Source: the human T2T-CHM13v2.0 reference genome, Homo sapiens. From it: a stretch of 64,000 nucleotides of DNA. Both the position numbers and the translations under genes were made by a program. Position 1 is the stretch's first letter; each line of letters opens with the position of its first letter. A model generated the notes under the pieces. The model was not told the origin of the DNA and did not search any database. It saw only the letters and a list, made by a program, of their open reading frames with translations. Shown piece by piece: positions 1 through 7,337 of the stretch. Location: NCBI RefSeq assembly GCF_009914755.1, contig NC_060943.1. The stretch is one strand, 5' to 3'.

Positions 1-536
1 GGGGTTTTCATCCCCTCCCCATCCGGAGCAGCCTCTTTGCTAGGCTGGATCCAGACGAGCGCTCCCCAACCAAGGACAACGGCCTCCCAGGCGCTCATCG
101 TCCACCCGCAGGAGGGTGCCCGCAGAGCTTCAAGAAGGTGGTTGTCACGCCTGTCGCCCTCTGCCCTCATCGAGAAATGTAGCCACAGCTCGACGCAGGG
201 ACGGAGAAGGAAGCCGGCAAGGGGATGGGGCAAGCATGTCTGTCTCTCAAAGGCTGGCCTTCCTGGCCGAGTCACCCGTTTGACACTCCTCCCCGGATGC
301 CGGTGGTGGTGGCATGGCCCCCCCGTATCCTGCCTGGGCTCTGGCCTCTGCTCTGACCTCCCTCTTGCTGTGTCTGCCCCGCCTCTGAGAAGCCTGGCGG
401 CTTCTTAGTGTGGCTCAGTGTCTTCCACAAAGAAGACTTCCCCGTCCATCAGGGAGAAACCTCGTGGCGGTCCGCGTCATGATTGTTTCCCTCTCCACAC
501 CTCTTTCTGGATGATTGGGCAGCTGTGGTGATCCTG

Positions 537-542
537 GAGCTC
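537..542. other. SstI/SacI site GAGCTC, one per monomer
   Basis: ctgGAGCTCtgg at 537-542. I found no other GAGCTC by eye in the monomer, so a digest should give a ~2.5 kb band, the defining property of the SST1 family. Confidence 0.85.
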
Positions 543-783
543 TGGGCTTCCATACCTGTGTGGGACAGGGAAGCTCTCTCGGTCTCCATGGCCCAAGTGA
601 TGGCTGCACGCTCGGTCCAGGAAGAGGCGGAGGCAAGCCCACCGCTCCTGACATTGGCCTTCTAGGAAAGGCGGTGTTGCATCCCACCTGCACTTCCTCT
701 CTGATTCTTGAGGGCCAACCGCTTCCTCCGCTCCTGGGGAAAGTGCCTTCTAGCACCGAATCTTTTGGCTGCCACGGATGTCA

Positions 784-866
784 GGGAGCCAACGGGACTG
801 GGTTTTGGCTGGGTGCAGGGGAGGTTGCGTCAGGGGTACCTAGCCGGCGGCGGGCTGGGGGTGGGG
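784..866 (+). other. G-tract cluster with G-quadruplex potential (every monomer)
   Basis: Nine runs of 3 or more G in 83 bp (784, 794, 800, 811, 818, 833, 852, 857, 863). The first four runs are separated by loops of 7, 3 and 8 nt. Confidence 0.55.
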
Positions 867-1469
867 TGTACTTTGTCCAAACCTCTCGGCTCCTCTGGCG
901 GGCCTCCCTGAACGTGGCGTGGACTCGCGCACAGGCCCTGTCTCGCAGGTTTTCAGGTGCGCTTGGCTTTTCCTCCGCTTTGTGGGGCAGGTCTCCAGTG
1001 GCCCCCCGGGCGCACGCCTGGACATCACTGTCCGTCTCGTCGTCGCCCCCTACGGCCTCAAAGACACACGCTGCCTGCATGTGCTCTTGGGGGACGACAG
1101 TGCCACATGTGGACACGCTGGCTCCAGCTCGGACTCGCCTCTGTCTCTCTTTGCCCGTGTCGCCGGAAGCCGCCTCGGGTTGCCGGAGCCCTCGGGCCTT
1201 GGAGATGAAGGCAGGCCCCTGCTCCTGCCAGGAAGGAGGGAGGCAGTGGGCTCATGGGTCGGTGCCTTTGCAGCCGACAGCACGCCTTGCGGCCCTGGGG
1301 ATCTTCCTGTGCCCCGGCGAGACCCTTTCCGCCTCACTGCATTGGAACCCCATTCCCGATCACCCGCTGGGATCCATCATCGGACCCCAAGAGGAGTCCG
1401 CGCAGCCCAGCCGGCACCCCGAAGCTCCTCCTTCAGTGGGAACCGAAGCAGAAGAGCGATCAAGGAGGT

Positions 1470-1478
1470 CCTCACCAC
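1470..1478 (-). promoter_or_regulatory. Candidate 5' splice donor on the minus strand (GTG|GTGAGG)
   Basis: Plus-strand CCTCACCAC reads GTG|GTGAGG on the minus strand and matches GTRAG. It lies ~150 nt downstream of the YY1/ATG motif in minus orientation. Confidence 0.4.
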
Positions 1479-1483
1479 AGGAC

Positions 1484-1624
1484 TCATGGGTCCGACCATG
1501 GGTCTCCCGCAGGCCCCTCTGGCAGTCCTCTTCCCACCCGCCGCCTCGGGCTGCGCCTTCGCCGCCGCCGCCGCAACCTCCAGCACCGCCGCCCCAGGCC
1601 CCGCAGCCGCCGCGTCGCCGCCAT
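1484..1624 (-). other. 46-codon Arg-rich short ORF (possible uORF or relic first exon; coding status unproven)
   Basis: ATG in AAAAATGGCG context. Translation: MAATRRLRGLGRRCWRLRRRRRRRSPRRRVGRGLPEGPAGDPWSDP*. It is below the 60-aa cutoff of the ORF track. Confidence 0.25.
1538..1622. repeat. Degenerate CCG/CGG-rich low-complexity tract, core of a CpG-island-like segment
   Basis: ccgccgcctc...gccgccgccgccgc...ccgccgcccc...gccgccgcgtcgccgcc. Confidence 0.85.
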
Positions 1625-1627
1625 TTT
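1617..1627 (-). promoter_or_regulatory. YY1 consensus motif AAAATGGCGGC
   Basis: Plus-strand GCCGCCATTTT reads AAAATGGCGGC on the minus strand, an exact match to the extended YY1 motif AANATGGCGGC. It appears unchanged in all copies inspected. Confidence 0.65.
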
Positions 1628-1660
1628 TTAAAGGGTCCGCAGCCTGACTCTGCGGAGTAA

Positions 1661-1680
1661 GGGGGGGTGGAGCGGGGGAG
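1661..1680 (+). promoter_or_regulatory. G-rich GC/GT-box-like element (Sp/KLF-type)
   Basis: GGGGGGGTGGAGCGGGGGAG, located between the YY1 and NRF1 motifs. Confidence 0.4.
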
Positions 1681-1693
1681 TCGGCCTCGCCAG

Positions 1694-1705
1694 CGCGCAT
1701 GCGCG
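1694..1705. promoter_or_regulatory. NRF1 palindromic motif CGCGCATGCGCG
   Basis: Perfect 12-bp palindrome matching the NRF1 consensus YGCGCAYGCGCR. Confidence 0.65.
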
Positions 1706-1974
1706 AGGCCCGAGCCGCCGCTTGGGTCACAGTGAAAGCCACCGTTGCCCGGGGATGGGTCCCTGACACTTGGGGAAGTAGGAGCCCTGTGTGATCGTGC
1801 GTCTGAGTCTGGGCTGAGACCAGTCCTGGCCAGGGCAGTTACCAGGACGGTCTCCGGAGGCCGGGATTCGCGGAGGGTCCAGCAGCAGGAAGAAACCCCA
1901 GGAGGAAGAAACCTCAGACAGATCGCCGGCGAGGCAGCGCGGGATCCCAGCCTCAGGCGTGCGCGGACGGTGTG

Positions 1975-1983
1975 CGGGTGAGT
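1975..1983 (+). promoter_or_regulatory. Candidate 5' splice donor on the plus strand (CGG|GTGAGT)
   Basis: Perfect intronic GTGAGT preceded by an exonic G, ~270 bp downstream of the NRF1 site. It is preceded by a doubled purine-rich AGGAAGAAACC motif (~1887-1913). Confidence 0.45.
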
Positions 1984-2145
1984 CTCCCCAAAAGTGGAGC
2001 CCTTGTGATGACGAGCACAGGTCCGCCTGCGTGCCCGTGGGCTGCTCTCTCACCGGTGGCTCTCAGTCGCGGAGAGCAGAACCCGGCAGCTTCAGGGGCT
2101 GCCTGCGGGAGGGTGTTCCCTGCTGTACGTGTGTGTTCGTCATGG

Positions 2146-2208
2146 GTGTGTGTGTGTGTGTGTTGGGGGGGGTGCGTCTGTGTGTGTGTCTGTGTGTGTG
2201 CGCGCGCA
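2146..2208. repeat. Compound (GT)9-G7/8-(TG)5-TC-(TG)5-(CG)n microsatellite
   Basis: Read directly from the sequence. The alternating purine-pyrimidine run TGTGTGTGTGCGCGCGCA at 2191-2208 is Z-DNA-prone. Confidence 0.95.
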
Positions 2209-2245
2209 GTGCCTGTCTGTGTGCCGACTTCTGTCTCTCTCTCAC

Positions 2246-2246
<1 letters not shown>

Positions 2247-2283
<37 letters not shown>
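2247..2283. repeat. (TC)n microsatellite, length-polymorphic between monomers (n=13-24)
   Basis: (TC)18 in unit 1, (TC)13 at 27543 and (TC)24 at 32592. It accounts for nearly all monomer length variation. Confidence 0.97.
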
Positions 2284-2288
<5 letters not shown>

Positions 2289-4775
2289 CCTTCTCGCTCT
2301 TTCCGTGGCCCTCTCTTTCTGTCTCTGTCCGTCTGTGTGTGCGTGCGCCTCGGGACACATGTGCCCTGTGCGCCGGAGGGTGGGTTTCTTGCACGTCGGC
2401 CTTTCTTCTGGTCAGCCTCTCCCCGCGTCTCTGCCTGGGTCGTGTGGCCGGTTGGCAGTCGTCGTCCCGGCGGTTCCAGTTTGGGGGTCTGTGAAGGCCT
2501 GGGCAACGTGGGCATCGGCGTCGGACCCGCAGGGGTTTTCATCCCCTCCCCATCCGGAGCAGCCTCTTTGCTAGGCTGGATCCAGACGAGCGCTCCCCAA
2601 CCAAGGACAACGGCCTCCCAGGCGCTCATCGTCCACCCGCAGGAGGGTGCCCGCAGAGCTTCAAGAAGGTGGTTGTCACGCCTGTCGCCCTCTGCCCTCA
2701 TCGAGAAATGTAGCCACAGCTCGACGCAGGGACGGAGAAGGAAGCCGGCAAGGGGATGGGGCAAGCATGTCTGTCTCTCAAAGGCTGGCCTTCCTGGCCG
2801 AGTCACCCGTTTGACACTCCTCCCCGGATGCCGGTGGTGGTGGCATGGCCCCCCCGTATCCTGCCTGGGCTCTGGCCTCTGCTCTGACCTCCCTCTTGCT
2901 GTGTCTGCCCCGTCTCTGAGAAGCCTGGCGGCTTCTTAGTGTGGCTCAGTGTCTTCCACAAAGAAGACTTCCCCGTCCATCAGGGAGAAACCTCGTGGCG
3001 GTCCGCGTCATGATTGTTTCCCTCTCCACACCTCTTTCTGGATGATTGGGCAGCTGTGGTGATCCTGGAGCTCTGGGCTTCCATACCTGTGTGGGACAGG
3101 GAAGCTCTCTCGGTCTCCATGGCCCAAGTGATGGCTGCACGCTCGGTCCAGGAAGAGGCGGAGGCAAGCCCACCGCTCCTGACATTGGCCTTCTAGGAAA
3201 GGCGGTGTTGCATCCCACCTGCACTTCCTCTCTGATTCTTGAGGGCCAACCGCTTCCTCCGCTCCTGGGGAAAGTGCCTTCTAGCACCGAATCTTTTGGC
3301 TGCCACGGATGTCAGGGAGCCAACGGGACTGGGTTTTGGCTGGGTGCAGGGGAGGTTGCGTCAGGGGTACCTAGCCGGCGGCGGGCTGGGGGTGGGGTGT
3401 ACTTTGTCCAAACCTCTCGGCTCCTCTGGCGGGCCTCCCTGAACGTGGCGTGGACTCGCGCACAGGCCCTGTCTCGCAGGTTTTCAGGTGCGCTTGGCTT
3501 TTCCTCCGCTTTGTGGGGCAGGTCTCCAGTGGCCCCCCGGGCGCACGCCTGGACATCACTGTCCGTCTCGTCGTCGCCCCCTACGGCCTCAAAGACACAC
3601 GCTGCCTGCATGTGCTCTTGGGGGACGACAGTGCCACATGTGGACACACTGGCTCCAGCTCGGACTCGCCTCTGTCTCTCTTTGCCCGTGTCGCCGGAAG
3701 CCGCCTCGGGTTGCCGGAGCCCTCGGGCCTTGGAGATGAAGGCAGGCCCCTGCTCCTGCCAGGAAGGAGGGAGGCAGTGGGCTCATGGGTCGGTGCCTTT
3801 GCAGCCGACAGCACGCCTTGCGGCCCTGGGGATCTTCCTGTGCCCCGGCGAGACCCTTTCCGCCTCACTGCATTGGAACCCCATTCCCGATCACCCGCTG
3901 GGATCCATCATCGGACCCCAAGAGGAGTCCGCGCAGCCCAGCCGGCACCCCGAAGCTCCTCCTTCAGTGGGAACCGAAGCAGAAGAGCGATCAAGGAGGT
4001 CCTCACCACAGGACTCATGGGTCCGACCCTGGGTCTCCCGCAGGCCCCTCTGGCAGTCCTCTCCCCACCCGCCGCCTCGGGCTGCGCCTTCGCCGCCGCC
4101 GCCGCAACCTCCAGCACCGCCGCCCCAGGCCCCGCAGCCGCCGCGTCGCCGCCATTTTTTAAAGGGTCCGCAGCCTGACTCTGCGGAGTAAGGGGGGGTG
4201 GAGCGGGGGAGTCGGCCTCGCCAGCGCGCATGCGCGAGGCCCGAGCCGCCGCTTGGGTCACAGTGAAAGCCACCGTTGCCCGGGGATGGGTCCCTGACAC
4301 TTGGGGAAGTAGGAGCCCTGTGTGATCGTACGTCTGAGTCTGGGCTGAGACCAGTCCTGGCCAGGGCAGTTACCAGGACGGTCTCCGGAGGCCGGGATTC
4401 GCGGAGGGTCCAGCAGCAGGAAGAAACCCCAGGAGGAAGAAACCTCAGACAGATCGCCGGCGAGGCAGCGCGGGATCCCAGCCTCAGGCGTGCGCGGACG
4501 GTGTGCGGGTGAGTCTCCCCAAAAGTGGAGCCCTTGTGATGACGAGCACAGGTCCGCCTGCGTGCCCGTGGGCTGCTCTCTCACCGGTGGCTCTCAGTCG
4601 CGGAGAGCAGAACCCGGCAGCTTCAGGGGCTGCCTGCGGGAGGGTGTTCCCTGCTGTACGTGTGTGTTCGTCATGGGTGTGTGTGTGTGTGTGTTGGGGG
4701 GGTGCGTCTGTGTGTGTGTCTGTGTGTGTGCGCGCGCAGTGCCTGTCTGTGTGCCGACTTCTGTCTCTCTCTCAC

Positions 4776-4812
<37 letters not shown>

Positions 4813-7298
4813 CCTTCTCGCTCTTTCCGTGGCCCTCTCTTTCTGTCTCTGTCCGTCTGTGTGCGTGCGCCTCGGGACACATGTGCCCTGTGCGCCGGAG
4901 GGTGGGTTTCTTGCACGTCGGCCTTTCTTCTGGTCAGCCTCTCCCCGCGTCTCTGCCTGGGTCGTGTGGCCGGTTGGCAGTCGTCGTCCCGGCGGTTCCA
5001 GTTTGGGGGTCTGTGAAGGCCTGGGCAACGTGGGCATCGGCGTCGGACCCGCAGGGGTTTTCATCCCCTCCCCATCCGGAGCAGCCTCTTTGCTAGGCTG
5101 GATCCAGACGAGCGCTCCCCAACCAAGGACAACGGCCTCCCAGGCGCTCATCGTCCACCCGCAGGAGGGTGCCCGCAGAGCTTCAAGAAGGTGGTTGTCA
5201 CGCCTGTCGCCCTCTGCCCTCATCGAGAAATGTAGCCACAGCTCGACGCAGGGACGGAGAAGGAAGCCGGCAAGGGGATGGGGCAAGCATGTCTGTCTCT
5301 CAAAGGCTGGCCTTCCTGGCCGAGTCACCCGTTTGACACTCCTCCCCGGATGCCGGTGGTGGTGGCATGGCCCCCCCGTATCCTGCCTGGGCTCTGGCCT
5401 CTGCTCTGACCTCCCTCTTGCTGTGTCTGCCCCGTCTCTGAGAAGCCTGGCGGCTTCTTAGTGTGGCTCAGTGTCTTCCACAAAGAAGACTTCCCCGTCC
5501 ATCAGGGAGAAACCTCGTGGCGGTCCGCGTCATGATTGTTTCCCTCTCCACACCTCTTTCTGGATGATTGGGCAGCTGTGGTGATCCTGGAGCTCTGGGC
5601 TTCCATACCTGTGTGGGACAGGGAAGCTCTCTCGGTCTCCATGGCCCAAGTGATGGCTGCACGCTCGGTCCAGGAAGAGGCGGAGGCAAGCCCACCGCTC
5701 CTGACATTGGCCTTCTAGGAAAGGCGGTGTTGCATCCCACCTGCACTTCCTCTCTGATTCTTGAGGGCCAACCGCTTCCTCCGCTCCTGGGGAAAGTGCC
5801 TTCTAGCACCGAATCTTTTGGCTGCCACGGATGTCAGGGAGCCAACGGGACTGGGTTTTGGCTGGGTGCAGGGGAGGTTGCGTCAGGGGTACCTAGCCGG
5901 CGGCGGGCTGGGGGTGGGGTGTACTTTGTCCAAACCTCTCGGCTCCTCTGGCGGGCCTCCCTGAACGTGGCGTGGACTCGCGCACAGGCCCTGTCTCGCA
6001 GGTTTTCAGGTGCGCTTGGCTTTTCCTCCGCTTTGTGGGGCAGGTCTCCAGTGGCCCCCCGGGCGCACGCCTGGACATCACTGTCCGTCTCGTCGTCGCC
6101 CCCTACGGCCTCAAAGACACACGCTGCCTGCATGTGCTCTTGGGGGACGACAGTGCCACATGTGGACACACTGGCTCCAGCTCGGACTCGCCTCTGTCTC
6201 TCTTTGCCCGTGTCGCCGGAAGCCGCCTCGGGTTGCCGGAGCCCTCGGGCCTTGGAGATGAAGGCAGGCCCCTGCTCCTGCCAGGAAGGAGGGAGGCAGT
6301 GGGCTCATGGGTCGGTGCCTTTGCAGCCGACAGCACGCCTTGCGGCCCTGGGGATCTTCCTGTGCCCCGGCGAGACCCTTTCCGCCTCACTGCATTGGAA
6401 CCCCATTCCCGATCACCCGCTGGGATCCATCATCGGACCCCAAGAGGAGTCCGCGCAGCCCAGCCGGCACCCCGAAGCTCCTCCTTCAGTGGGAACCGAA
6501 GCAGAAGAGCGATCAAGGAGGTCCTCACCACAGGACTCATGGGTCCGACCATGGGTCTCCCGCAGGCCCCTCTGGCAGTCCTCTCCCCACCCGCCGCCTC
6601 GGGCTGCGCCTTCGCCGCCGCCGCCGCAACCTCCAGCACCGCCGCCCCAGGCCCCGCAGCCGCCGCGTCGCCGCCATTTTTTAAAGGGTCCGCAGCCTGA
6701 CTCTGCGGAGTAAGGGGGGGTGGAGCGGGGGAGTCGGCCTCGCCAGCGCGCATGCGCGAGGCCCGAGCCGCCGCTTGGGTCACAGTGAAAGCCACCGTTG
6801 CCCGGGGATGGGTCCCTGACACTTGGGGAAGTAGGAGCCCTGTGTGATCGTGCGTCTGAGTCTGGGCTGAGACCAGTCCTGGCCAGGGCAGTTACCAGGA
6901 CGGTCTCCGGAGGCCGGGATTCGCGGAGGGTCCAGCAGCAGGAAGAAACCCCAGGAGGAAGAAACCTCAGACAGATCGCCGGCGAGGCAGCGCGGGATCC
7001 CAGCCTCAGGCGTGCGCGGACGGTGTGCGGGTGAGTCTCCCCAAAAGTGGAGCCCTTGTGATGACGAGCACAGGTCCGCCTGCGTGCCCGTGGGCTGCTC
7101 TCTCACCGGTGGCTCTCAGTCGCGGAGAGCAGAACCCGGCAGCTTCAGGGGCTGCCTGCGGGAGGGTGTTCCCTGCTGTACGTGTGTGTTCGTCATGGGT
7201 GTGTGTGTGTGTGTGTTGGGGGGGGTGCGTCTGTGTGTGTGTCTGTGTGTGTGCGCGCGCAGTGCCTGTCTGTGTGCCGACTTCTGTCTCTCTCTCAC

Positions 7299-7337
<39 letters not shown>

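Larger units (their letters stand above)
1..2531. repeat. Representative monomer (unit 1, 2531 bp; phase arbitrary)
   Basis: GGGGTTTTCATCCCCTCCCC at position 1 recurs at 2532, 5054, 7581 and so on. Confidence 0.98.

Noticed and set aside
106-121. CTCF-like CCGCAGGAGGGTG (and GGAGGCAGTG near 1239)
   Set aside because: Only partial matches by eye; cannot be supported without a PWM scan or ChIP data.
1624-1632. T6 run as a Pol III or intrinsic terminator, or TTTAAA as a TATA box
   Set aside because: I found no A/B boxes upstream, and the nearby hairpin is on the wrong side of the T-run. The run is better explained as part of the YY1 motif.
515-1660. 381/372-aa plus-strand ORF repeated in every unit
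   Set aside because: It starts at TTG, has no recognisable domain, overlaps equally long ORFs in other frames, and is frameshifted by the CT indel in 16 of 25 copies. This is typical of stop-poor GC-rich DNA.
2005-2011. Box C / hammerhead-like TGATGA
   Set aside because: There is no CTGA box D in the following ~150 nt. The hammerhead core needs CTGANGA plus GAAA with flanking stems, and these are absent.
1953-2939. 200-367-aa ORFs with SLSLSL/ERERER/VCVC/HTHT runs
   Set aside because: These are translations of the microsatellites. The frame changes freely with (TC)n length, so there is no coding constraint.
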